A stretch of 64,000 bases of DNA, from NCBI RefSeq assembly GCF_006345805.1, contig NC_042998.1, positions 144,026,001-144,090,000 on the forward strand, in the 5' to 3' direction. The position numbers and the translations under genes are program-made. This DNA comes from Octopus sinensis. Lineage: Eukaryota. Every line of letters begins with the position of its first letter. Position 1 is the stretch's first letter. The notes under the pieces were generated by a model that was not told the origin of the DNA, ran no database searches, and saw only the letters and a list, made by a program, of their open reading frames with translations. This document shows, in pieces, positions 14,898-27,900 of this stretch.

Positions 14898-15117
14898 CCC
14901 TTTAACATTTAAACCAGCCATATTTGGCCAAAATAGTCTACCTGTTTAACATTCAAACCAGACAGATCAGGTGACTCACAACTATCCTACAATGTCAATC
15001 TAAAAGCAAACAATCACACTATATCAATCTTGAATCTATAAGATAGCGCATGATTAATTAAAAACAATGTAAATAAAGAAGTATTACATTTGACAGAGTA
15101 ATCTGAATGCTAAAGGT
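14898..15117. mobile_element. piggyBac-type MITE, same family as 8632-8854
   Basis: TTAA-ccctttaacattt ... aatgctaaaggt-TTAA, with shared internal sequence. Confidence 0.65.
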
Positions 15118-17001
15118 TTAAGGCTATTTCCTTGGAGAACAAAAAAGAAATCTTTGTTTCCCTTAACTAAATAATTTACCTGTCGTTTATTTGTGCATGG
15201 GTGTCCCTTGCCACCTCCTCATCTTGACAAAACATGATGGTTGCAAATGAGTGCCATTCATTTACAATCTTCTGTGAAAAATATGCTTGGCCATAGGATA
15301 ACATTACTTGGCTAGGAAACAGGTGAGGGTTGGTGACAGGAATGGCAACCAGCTGTAGAAAATCTGTCTTAAGAAATTCTATCTGACCCATGCAGGCATG
15401 GAAAAGTGGTCGTTAAATGATGATGATGATGAACTAGATTACCTTGCTACTGCCAATAACCGAACAACGAAACGAGTTGTTGTCACTGTTGTTGTTGTTT
15501 AACTGATCTAGTTGATGTACAATTAAAGGCATTCCAACTTTGCTTATTCCATTCTCAAAGTTTATCTAAGACTACATTGTTTCATGTGTCCTCCTTCCTC
15601 AAGATGTTAGGGTGTGATTGAAAGAAGGCTTAGTTTTATTTCTAGCAGGTCAAGCTTTCACATAAAGGTCTCCACTAGTCTTGAAACAAGTAAAACTTAT
15701 TTTTATTTTTTGACAAGAGCATGGAAACCTGGTCTGAATGCTAGCAACAGAGTAAACTCTGCTAAAGATACCCAAAGGTACCTACAAGGAAGTTGTAGTG
15801 TTGTTAAAACAGGCATTAGAATAAGTTTATCACCCAGGTAGGCCATATTGTCTGAGAACATCCCTTGTTCTTTTATACAAACTTCACCAGTTTAAATTAG
15901 TCTAAATTAAAACCTTCCATCAGAATTTCATGATAATTTATGTTCTAAACACCAGTTTAACAATAATTATTTTACGAAATTCCTCATTATTTCAAAAAGC
16001 AACTGACACAAAGGCAGTTCGTTTCAACAGAAATATAGTAACAAAAAGGCTAATGACTGACAATATATGTAACTCATGTTGACAAACAGTAAGTACCTGG
16101 TAAAAGGTACTGCACAATAGTTTTCAATATTAAGGCTTGAACACATGGGTACAAGATCAAGGGATGGAAGTCAGTTTCAAATGATATAATTTACACTACA
16201 GTCAACTGGTTTCTCAGAATAAACTGGTTGTGACACCCAAGATACCTTGGCTCTGGGGGCACTTTAACCACCCAAGAGTATTGCAATACAGACAATAGGA
16301 GAGAATGTTACAGCAGAGGGGGATCCCAGAGTCATAACTTGGATGTGACCCAGCCCCCTCAGAGTGTAAAGAGTTAAGGGGATGAAACACTTGCATGAGG
16401 CGGAGGGGAAAGGTAGTTCCTCTCTCAAGACCTTCTGCTATTCATGCTCACCCTAGAATTTCTTACTACCTTTTTACATCAGTCACATTTTCCTTTTGTG
16501 TGAAAAAAAAAAAAAAAGGGATTTTAAGAAAAAGATTACTTAGATCTTAATGTCACTATCACTATCATTTTTCCAATCAAATATCTTTATAAAATAAAAC
16601 TAATTTAGAAATGAAATTTTTTTCATTAACTGAAATCAAACAGACAGATAGACCTGAAGCAGATCTGGAGTAGAGAAGGCATGTCACTGATGAGGTTGTG
16701 AATGGCAACAGAAGAACTTGGACGGACCTAGTTGACTGATTGATTGACTGAACAATTAATCAATTGTTAAATGATTAAATCATTAACCAGTTGACTAGTA
16801 ATTACAAAAGTGACACAAAATCAGGTTCATATTGGCATAATGAACCTCCCCAGATATACCAAAATCTGTTTCAACACATGATTTCACATCAAAAATCTTG
16901 CAAGCCAAATACAAAAACAAAATAAAAATGTCCTTCGAAATAAAGATGTAAATCATTTTCTACAATATTAATGAAAAAATTAATTTTTTATCATTATCTA
17001 C

Positions 17002-17113
17002 CTCCGACTGTGCTGATGCAGTATCTTCTTGATTTTCTGTGTCGTCTACTTCCCCTTCAGGTGCATAGAATGCAAGATATATCCATAGGTGGCCACGTAC
17101 TCTTGATCGGGAA
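17002..17113 (-). CDS. NEDD4: NEDD4 exon, end of C2 plus acidic linker: SRSRVRGHLWIYLAFYAPEGEVDDTENQEDTASAQSE
   Basis: 112 nt, ccacag acceptor and GTAGAT donor, phase 2 to 0. Matches KSRVKGFLRLKMAY. Confidence 0.92.
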
Positions 17114-18878
17114 CTGTGGAGCACAAAAGTAATGCAATAAATTATACATCAACATATGCATGCATCCCACTCTCAAATACTAACCCATGTACCCCATTTA
17201 GTCAGCAAGATTTTTTTCCTTTTCTTTCTTTTTCCAATTCTCTTCTTTCTTACAAGTTGCTTGGCAACTTCACTAACACCAATCACATGAGAAAGTACTC
17301 GGTACAATCTGTAAAGTAGTTGGCACCAGAAAGAACACCCAGGCATATAAATCTTGCCAAAGTTGACATTGGAGCTTAATGAAGCCCTGTGGCTTACAGA
17401 ATCCTGTCAAAGCATCGAATTTATGCCAGCATGGAAAGTGAATGTTAAAGGATGACCACACACACACATTCATATATTATTTTATTCTTTTACTTGTTTC
17501 AGTCATTTGACTATGGCCATGATGGAGCACCACCCTTAGTTGAACAAATAGACCCCAGGACTTATTCTTTGTAAGGGCAGTACTAATTCTATCGGTCTGT
17601 TTTGCCAAATCACTAAGTTACGAGAACATAAACACACCATCGGTTGTCAAGCAATGGTGAGGGAACAAACACAGACACACAAAGAAACTGTGTGTGTACT
17701 TATATGGATCTCCCACCATTGCTTGACAACCAGTGTTGGTTTTGTTTATGATCCCATAACTTAGCAATTCAGCAAAAGAACCTGACAAAATAAGTACAAG
17801 AGTTGATTACTTTGACTAAACTCTTCAAGGTGATGCTCCAGTATGGCCAGAGTCTAATGGCTGAAGCAAGTAAAAGATAAAAGATGGTATCAACTAGCTA
17901 TTCACTGAGTTCTAGCATAAGAGGTTGAGTATTCCATACCGATACCCACATCAGTTTGAAACTGTGTGACCAGTTTGACTATTTTAATTAAAACTACAGC
18001 CCAAGTGCTTTCATACACTGTCTACCATATTTCATTCACAATGCAATCTGAGTCTATGGATACACTTTCCAAAGAAGCATTGCAACAGAAGGTTCAAATC
18101 TTCAGTTTGTCAAGGTGCTCACAGAAAAATAGAGACTTTTCTAGGTTTAACCACATTTAGTAACCCCAAAACCACATTCAAAGTAAGCACATTTGATTTG
18201 AACTGAAGCTGACAATAGTATTATCATCCTGATTGTTTTAACACCGACTTTTCAATGCTTGCATGGGTCAGATGGAATTTGCTGATGCAGATTTTCCATC
18301 ACTTGGTTTCCTTCCTGTTGCCAAACCTCACCTATTTCCAAGCAGGTAATATTTCCTCATGGCCAAATCGTGTTTTTCAAGGATGGTTGGCAATGAACAA
18401 GATTGCTTGCATGATGGTGATACTTGTTTACAATGAAGATAAGGTTACACACAAACTCTCTCTCTCTCTCTCTCCCTCCCTCTTCTCTCTCACACACACA
18501 TGACAGGCTTCCACAATGTTTCTATCTAACAAATCCACTTGTGAGGACTTGGTCAGCTCAGTGCTACCGAAGACATTTGTCCAAGGTGCTGTGCAGTGGG
18601 TCTGAACCTGAAACCATGTGGTTAGTAAGTGAACATCTTAGCCACACAGCCATCCATACCTATGCCACCTCTCCCATTCTGTTCAAAGGGCACATTTGCC
18701 TCATTTGTTTTCCCACTTTTATAAACTCAAATAACTTTAGAAAAATTCACTGATTTGAAAAGAGAGACAGATAGACAGACAGAGAGACATATGGCAAAAA
18801 AAGAGAGAAAGAATATCAAAGGGTGAGAAAGAGCATGACTAATTGACTGACAGGTGGGACAAAAATAGAAAGTAGTAC

Positions 18879-18991
18879 CTGCGTGGCCGAAGGATGTAAT
18901 CTTTTGTCGGAATACGTCGACCAGGGCGTTCTGTGAGAATACTGGTGTGATTGAGTGGAATTTCCACCAGTCCAAGAAAATCATCTCTAGT
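18879..18991 (-). CDS. NEDD4: NEDD4 exon, C2 domain: TRDDFLGLVEIPLNHTSILTERPGRRIPTKDYILRPR(S)
   Basis: 113 nt, ttttcag acceptor and GTACTA donor, phase 0 to 2. Contains the TRDDFLG and KDY/FILRPRS motifs. Confidence 0.95.
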
Positions 18992-19408
18992 CTGAAAAGA
19001 AAGGATAAACAAAATATTTCATGTAAACCATAAATGCTATAATTGTTTAAACAAAAACACTGGTCTTGTAATCTAAAAGAAAATACTATATTTTTATAAC
19101 TACAAGATTATATGTCAATCAAACACTTGTGATAGGTTTGCAAAACTTATCTTTATCCAGTATAATCTAATATTCTTATAAGGGCACCATGCTGTAAAAA
19201 CCATGCCAAAACTGACCTTGCCTGTGCTGGTGCCATGTAAAAAGCACTAAATCCACTATGCAGGGTGGTTGGTGTTAGGAAGGGCATGGCAGTAAAAACT
19301 ATGCCAAAACAGGCATAGAAGACTGGTACAGTCTTCAGCCTAGCCAGCTCCTGTCAAATTGTCCAACCCATGCCAGCATGGAAGGCAGGTGTTAAACAAT
19401 GATGATGA

Positions 19409-19448
<40 letters not shown>

Positions 19449-19981
19449 ATACACCCACCATATCCAACACTGAATTATATGCCCAATTATTTCACATACT
19501 ATTTAACTGGACATAATCCAAATCATGTTATATAATACACCCAACAAAAACAAAACTGTCATTTAAAAAAACTACAACTCAACCCCATCCATACATCTAA
19601 TGTGTGAACATGTGATGTAACTCGTATATAAGACTACAAACTACAAATTAACTGCTTGATCTATTAGACAAAAAGAATAAGCAAGTTTTCAAAAAAATAA
19701 ATATCTTAAAATTTAATTTCAAAATACTATTTAAGCTGTTTTCTGTTTCAAGATGGTAATCAACTACTTAATTAGTAAATAATTTGAATATTGTGGGTAA
19801 AATTGATTGATAATTTTGTTGAGGTACACCACAATTCTGTGACTGGGAGTGCAACACTAAAGACTAGGCCACACACTCTCATTAAACAGACAGTTTAAGG
19901 CTAAATAAGTCAAGAACTTTGTCCAATCTTCTATTTCTGTAACCACACAAACCTTTAATGATATTTAAAAAATACACATAC

Positions 19982-20035
19982 CAATCTGTTTTCATCAAAT
20001 ACTTCAAAGAGCAGGCAGTTATCACGAGGATTTAC
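19982..20035 (-). CDS. NEDD4: NEDD4 exon, C2 domain: VNPRDNCLLFEVFDENRL
   Basis: 54 nt, cttttgtag acceptor and GTATGT donor, phase 0-0. Matches VNPSNHRLLFEVFDENRL. Confidence 0.95.
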
Positions 20036-20340
20036 CTACAAAAGGGAGGAAACAAATATTAATTACAGTAAGTTAATAAAAAAGCTTTATCAATTGTCAA
20101 TTTTACATGCTAGGATTGCTTGAACAGAGGTTTTATTTAGAAAGGAAAACTTTTGAAGCCCTTCTCTACAATCTCCTTTGAGAAAGAAATAAAGTCCAGG
20201 GAGGTTCATTTGGCCATCAACACTAGAATGTTTGTCTTTCCAAATGCAAATGCTCTTCCCCAGTGTATCTGTTTTATCTTAGGATAATTGCTATTTGAGA
20301 TAACTTGTCAAGCAACCTTTGTGCCCTCCATGAGATAACA

Positions 20341-20945
20341 GATCTTTACCTTTTGACTTACAGATTTAAAAAATAATCTTTTGTAACTAAACACTTTCAA
20401 ACTTCAGACACTGGTAGAATGAGTCATATAAAACATGTTTTACTCTTAGTATTTTTGAGAAAAACTTACATTTAGGAAGTAGTTTCACCATAAAGTTCTC
20501 GTATTTCGGTAATTTCAACCAATCAAAGACGTGTATTGTCAACAACAACTATCGGTGGTGTATTTTTCGTTTGTCACTGTTATTTATGACATCATTCGTG
20601 TGTTTGTACTGGTTTTAAGGTTTGAGGGTTAGGGTTTTAAAGTTAGGTTTAAGATTTTAGGGTTAGGGTTGTCATAAATAACAGTGACAAACGAAATATA
20701 CACCGCTGGAAGTTCTTGTTGACAAACAGCAGTAAATTTATTCAGCTGAATACACGTCATTGATTGGTTGAAATTACCAAAATATGAGAACTTTAAGGTG
20801 AAATTACTTCATAAATATAAGTTTTTCTCAAAAATGTTAAGAGTAAAACATGTTTTATATGACACATTCTACCAGTGTCCGAAGTTTGAAAGTGTTTAGT
20901 TACAAAAAATAATTTTTTAAATTTGTAGGTCAAAAGGTAAAGATC
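20341..20945. mobile_element. Foldback/MULE-type MITE with ~250-bp inverted arms, TTAGGG-like centre and 10-bp flanking direct repeat
   Basis: Arms begin GATCTTTACCTTTTGAC and end GTCAAAAGGTAAAGATC. TGAGATAACA occurs at both 20331-20340 and 20946-20955. Confidence 0.8.
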
Positions 20946-21170
20946 TGAGATAACAATAAAGGGGGAGAAAAAAAACCAAAACAACTTTTCACTACGCATC
21001 GTCATCATCATTTAAAGTTCACTTTTCCATGCTCATTTGGGTCAGATAAAATCCCCTGAAGCAAATTTTTTTTATGACCAGATGCCCTACCTGTAATCGA
21101 TTCTGCTTCCAGGTAAGGTAATATTTTCCATGGCCAGATATTTTTTTACAGAAGATTGGAAGCAAAGGAC

Positions 21171-21208
<38 letters not shown>

Positions 21209-24200
21209 CGTGCATGTGTGTGCATGTGTGTGTGCGCGTCCCCTTGTCTTCACGTAATAAAATGAGCATTATACAAGCAATGTTGTTGTTTCCAGTCCAA
21301 ACAAGGGGTAATGTTCTATTACATTACCTGAAATCAGATGAGGGTTGGCAACAAGAAAGGTTCTGGTAGTAGAAAATCTGCCTCAACAAATTATATCTGA
21401 CCCATGCAAGCATGGAAAAGTAGATGTTAAATTATGATGATGATGATTTTAACTTATTTAAATATATTCCAGTCAAATGCAGTGAAGTCAGGTTTGGCCT
21501 CCTCCAATGGTTGCTACTCTTTGCCTGTAGAACGGTTCCATTTGCCACATCTAGTCAATCATAGCCAACATAAGCTTGCACCACAATTTCACATTGTTAA
21601 TTTTTAAATTAATGTTAAATGTGACTGATTTAGAGAAGTGCATTTTTGTTGATCTTTCTGATCACACATTTGAACAATAAATTACTCCTCAAACCAAATC
21701 AACATGATAAAGTGAGAACAGAACGGTTATCATTTCACTGATAAGGAAACTCTCTGCTGGCAGCTATTAACATTCACCCCTACGCCCACATACAATACAT
21801 TATGCTCACACAAATAAAAACTGGATTCCTGTTCTAGATTTAACCTACTTAATATTTTGTGATAAATGCTAGAAATCTCAAAAGAGCTATTGTCCTTTTT
21901 CTTTCTGTCAGATTTACTGATTAAAGTGACCTACATGCCACCATTACTATACACAACTTTTGGCCAAGGTTACCTGTGTTGATAAGTGGAATTTCCTAAC
22001 ATTGTATTCTAACTTATAGTTCATCTCATGCTATCATCAGATTGTTAATTTTTTAACTTTTGTTGGCAGAGAAAAAAAATCTATATGGATATGAAACTGT
22101 TGAGTCTAATGCTTTGTTTGAAACATCATCATCAGCATTTAATGTCCATGTTCCATGCTGGCAGGTGTTGGACAGACTGTTTGACAGGATCTGATGCTCT
22201 CCTTAATGCTAACCACTTTATATGTGTGCTGGGTACTTTTTTTCCACCACCAACACAAGCTGGCAGCATAAAAAGTAATTTGCAAGAAAAGGAAAAAGGT
22301 TTCCTCAACAGAGTGGAGAGTGTATGTGGGAGACAGGGAGGTGGTTTTATGCCAGGTGTTGAGAGGTTAAAATATGATAGAGACAAACACAGGTGTCTTG
22401 CTACAGAAGAGATATATGGCTACTCTACATTATATAAGGATGGGTGAGAGGAGCCAAAAAGAAGACAGAGATGGTGGTGATAAGATGCCTGAGCAGACAC
22501 TCAAAGTACAAGAACCGAAAACCAATCCCCATCACTTTCATCATCATTGTTTTTAACGTCCACTTTTCCATGCTTGCATGGGTCAGACAGAATTTGTTGA
22601 GGCAGATTTTCTACAGTCAGATACTCTTACCAACTCTCATGTGTTTCTAAAGCATTGTCTTTTGTTTCCAATATTCTACAAAAACACAGGGAAATATTAC
22701 CTTGTTTAGAAAAATGTGAGGTTTGGCAACAAGAAGGACATCTGGCAAACTCTCCTACTTAGCAGAAGCCATTCCATAACACAATCTGACAGCCAGAGGC
22801 TTGTGAGTGTCCCCACTTCCACCTATTCAGACATAGTTGGCACCACATTTGAAAAGTGGAGTTTCCACCCTCCATCCAAATCTACACCAACAGTCATGGG
22901 ACCTTGTAGAGGATACACTGACTACAGTAATCCCTTGCAGTTTATTATTTAAGCTTATGTCGATTCCTCGTGGTGTTGTTTCTAGTATTTATAATAAAAT
23001 AAATCTATACAAATTATAAAAATAATTTTAAAATATATACAGTAGTGCTATTTTTCTTTGCAGATTTTCACTTTAAAACCCTAACCCTAAAACCTTAAAA
23101 CCAGTACAAACACACGAATGATGTCATAAATAACAGTGACAAACGAAAAATACACCACTGATAGTTGTTGTTGACAATACACGTCATTTGGAATGTAACA
23201 CCCACGATAATTGAAGGATTACTGTATATCTAACTGGAAGGTTTGGCCTCCTCCAATGGTTGCTACTCTTTAGCCATAAAGATTGTGACATTCCAATTCC
23301 CTATCATTAACAATTGTTCTCCTTTGGACTTGGCTTCAGAGTCATGAAAACAAATTCTATGTGCTCCCACCCTACACTTTCCAGGAATTGCAGATTGATT
23401 GCTGGTTGTAAGAGAAAGTGAGAGAGACAGTAGATACATAGATTGAAAGAAAAGTTGATACATAGATACATTGACACATTGTTAAATCAATGACAAATAA
23501 CGACAGCAAATATTAATGTCACTTTCATTTTTCATTACTACACAAGGATAAAATTAACTCGCAAGTGACTGAGTACTCCACAGACATGCATACCATTAAC
23601 GTAGGTCTCATGGAGATTCAGCCTCACACAGAATATGACAAGGCTGGTCCCTTTCAATTACAGCTACAACTCATTTTGGCCAGCTGAGTGGACTAGAGCA
23701 AGATGAACCTTCAAGTGGTTGGGAAAAAAATGAAAAAAGATCCTATACAGGGGCAGGAAAATCTTTTTAGTAGTTAGGGTTACTATGGATATTAATCCGG
23801 TCCTAACAGTAGCATTTGTGGGTCTCACAGATCTGGAGGCCAAGCCTCCATATAAACACCGATGCGCAGGCTGTTGTTATCAAACTGAGCATGAGTCAAG
23901 GGTGAAGAGACGACGGAATAGAAATTATTTCTACTTATACTAAACACAACATTTTTGCCTTACGATATGGAACATTCCCTTTTCTTTCCCTCTTTTCAAA
24001 AAATGACACTCTGCTGGCTATGACAATGAAGTTCCTGTTTATCTGATCAATAGAACAGTCTGCTCATAAAATTAACATGCAAGTGACTGAGTACTCCACA
24101 GACATGCATACTATAAGGTAATTCTCAGGGAGATTCAGCCTCACACAAAATGTGACTAGGCTGGCCCCTTTGAATTACATTTGAGTGTACTGCAGCAAGG

Positions 24201-24894
24201 TGAAGTAGAGTACCTTGCTCAAGAACACAGCGCATCGCTGGGAAACATACTCATGACTTTACAATCATGGACTGAATACCCCTAACCATTGAGCCATGCA
24301 CCTTCATTATCTTAACTGTAGAGAAAAGAAGTTAAGCAATAAAGACAGAGAAAGGAAAGTCTCAAGTCATTCACAATGACAATTAGACTGAAATACAATC
24401 GATCTTTTCTAGCTTCATTACTTTTAGCAATGAAGAAGAGGGAAAGACATTCAGTAATGAATAGAAGGAAAGTCTTTCAGATGTTTACGTTTTTATTCTG
24501 GGAGTTCTAGAATGATCAGTGTTCTCTCTTCTTTTGCCCACCCTTGGTACATAATTGTCTTCTTTCATTGTTCTTCATGTCTTTTATTTGGTGGGAAAGA
24601 CCATGTTTTGTTCTCAGGCATGTTTAATGTTTTCTCTACAAACTACAAACAAGCCCCACTCCCTTTTTGTTTTTTATACAAAATCTAATGCAAATTTCAA
24701 ACAGGATATGGCTGTGAAAAGAGCTCAGAAAAATGGGTAATACCTCTTACAAAATGGGTGGGGGGAAAAAAGCTGCCAATAGGTGGCTACACAAAATTCA
24801 ACACTATACTTTAAAAAGTGTCTTCTACTATAGCCTCAGGCTGCCCAAAGCTTCATGAGGGAATTTGGTAGTTGGAAAATGAAAGAAGCCCGTC

Positions 24895-24959
<65 letters not shown>

Positions 24960-27900
24960 TTTGTCTCTCCACCACCATTGCTTGACAACCGATGCTGGTA
25001 TGCTTGCATGCCTGTAACTTAGCTATTCAGCAGAAGAGACTGATAGAATAAGCACCAGGCTTACAGAGAACAAGTCCGGGGGATGATTTCTTCAACTAAA
25101 GGGCGGTGCTCCAGCATGGCCACCATCAAATGACTGAAACAAGTAAAAGAATACCAGAAGAACATTCCATACCACCAAACCAAGAAGGTTCTTTGAATAT
25201 GCACGATGTATTTTAAGGCTAAATAGTAATTCTGTTTACGTTTGCATAGCTGAGATATTTTGGTTGGATTATAAAGTTATCAGTTTTACACTTCTTTATT
25301 CTGTAACTATCACAATATAGAAACATTTTTCATGGCACCAGCACACAATTTACAGACGCTTACATTTTTTATATTTTCCATGAATTTTTCACAGGTTCAG
25401 CTAGTTATTATTATTATTATTTTAGAACAAGGCCAGCAATTTTGAGTGGAAAGGGTTAGTCTATTACATCAACCCCAGTACTTGACTGGTACTTATTTTA
25501 TAAACCTCAAAAAGATAAAAGGTAAAGTTGATCTCAGCAGGACTCATAACAAATAGCCAGAGAAAATACAAAGCATTTCGTCTAATGCTCTAACAATTCT
25601 GCTAATACACGACTACTACCATCATAATAACAATAATAATAGAATATGAAGAAATTGGTTAATTTGTATGGAGTTTAAGATCTAGGTTAACAAAAATACA
25701 GTGTGTATGTGTATTTATGTATACACATACACAAAGAGGTATGGCAAAGTCAAAGAATACCTAGCAGCTTAAAAAGGTATTTATTTCATACATTTGTTTA
25801 TTCGATTCTGATTGCTGTGGCAAAAAGATTTAAATAGCCCGAGGACTGTTTTTCCATGGCATTTAATACAGTACAATGTATGTATAACTGAAACTCAGCT
25901 AAAAGTTAAAATTGATTTAGCAGCACTGAAATAAGGAGAGAAATCATCATCGTCATTAATGTCTGTCTTCTGTGCAGACAGGCTGGGTGGTTTGACAGGA
26001 TTTAATAAGCTGAAAGACTGCATTGAGCTCCAATGTCCTTTTGACATGGCCTCCATAAGCTGGATGCTTTTTGAGTGTACCAAGTGCATTTCTTTGTTTT
26101 GTTTTTGTGACATCAGCACCAGTGATTTTGCAATGCAAGATAAAGGAGTGTGCAAGATAAAGGAGAAGCCTCTCAACTGAATGAGGTTGTAAGTGGTGGG
26201 GAGAGCTGGCTTCATACTAGGTGTATGACAGAGGAACAGGCATAGGCGTCTTGTTATAGAAGAAATACATGGCTACCCTGCATTATACAAGGAGTAATGG
26301 AAGGTAAACGTAACCATGGTTGGATTTAAACCCAGAACATAGGGAGATGTAACTAAATACTGCACCCTACTGTTTTTACCACTCAACTGTCAAAAGTTAA
26401 TAAATTATTTATTCTTACAACTTATTGATGTGAGGATGGAAGTTTTAGAAAAATTTACCAGAAATTTTAATATATATATATGTGAGAATTTTACAGGGAA
26501 AAACAACTGATAAAACCTTGTTCTTGTTACCTTGAAATGAATTGATTTAACTAGCTAACCTTCATGATCTAACTGACTAACCTATATACATAGCAGCTAC
26601 AAACAAAATGATTATGTTCCTATGTTAATACATTCAACCCTACTTTCAACTTAGCATGATAATCAGCTATTATTAATACACACATGCTCTTAGCAAATCA
26701 TTTTACAAGCTAAATATATAAATAAATCAGAACTATGCAGTTGATATACTTTCCTTATTCTCCAAAGCTCTTTTCATAGTTTCAAGGTGAATTTCTTTCA
26801 TATTGTGGTTCCAAGATATTTGTTTTGTCACACCCCCACCACGCTTGCAGAATAACATTCCAAATAACAGACTTAGAAAAGAACAGCTGTTCTAAAGAAA
26901 GCTCTTCTCAGTTGGTATTATTAAAGATACTGGTATTCTTAATTACTAAATTAAAATCTTACTATCATAGCAAATACAATGAGTTAATAATATATCAACA
27001 AGAAAACCCAAGTTGAATATCTATCCGTGTATGTGTCTCTTTCTCTCTTTGTCTTCACATTGAGAGAGAGAGAGAGATGGAATGAAATATTAGCAGTTGG
27101 CTGAAATTGTCAAGACATATGTCATTTATAATGCCTTGAGCTGCATTCTGGTAAATCTGCAATATTAGATGGATTCATTTCTGCCATACATGAACCCAGG
27201 GAACCTATCTTTGGTAAAAGAATGGTGCTAATAGTCATGGGTCAGATGAGAGTACATAGAGGCTGAGTTTCAGACCCCCTTCCTGTCACCAGCCTCTACT
27301 TGTTTCCATGCAAAGTAATAATCTCCTAGTCTACAGAACACCAAACAACAGCCTGGATATATTTATATGGAGACTGCATAAATGACACTTTTGTTTATGA
27401 AGATCACACAACATGTCAAGACATGTGAAGAGAAAAAGCCTGGACATACACTTTCAGTACACTGTAAGCAAAGGTACCACCAACAAGCCATTGTTAATAA
27501 TCAGTAAACACATAAAGATAAGGAAAATATAAATTTACTTGCAAAAATACACATGTACACAGCTACATGTGTACACACACACACACACACAGCTACAAAT
27601 GTATACACATACACACAGAATTACACGTGTATATACACACACACAGCTAGATATGTATACACATACACAACAGGCATTTTAGAGTTTCTGCTTACCAAAT
27701 CCAATCACAAGGATTTGGTTGACCCAGAGTCATCATAGAAGACACTTACCCAAGGTGCCATGCAATGGGACTGAACACAAAACCACATGGTTCAGAAGCA
27801 AACTTCTTAAACAAACAACCATGCATAAACTCTGTGAGAAGTATAGTCATGCCAGTAAATTAAGAACAAATGGATGCATCAATGATATTTATAACATTAT

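Noticed and set aside
16654-16727. Possible 74-nt exon (VRPSSSVAIHNLISDMPSLLQICF)
   Set aside because: Weak donor GTCTAT, and phase 0 to 2 is incompatible with a phase-0 intron.
20592-20669. True telomere or chromosome-fusion scar
   Set aside because: Only a few degenerate TTAGGG units, located in the loop of a repeated MITE.
23780-23940. CpG-containing unique segment with a small hairpin (GGAGGC-CAA-GCCTCC)
   Set aside because: No recognisable RNA family or protein, and too short to support a call.
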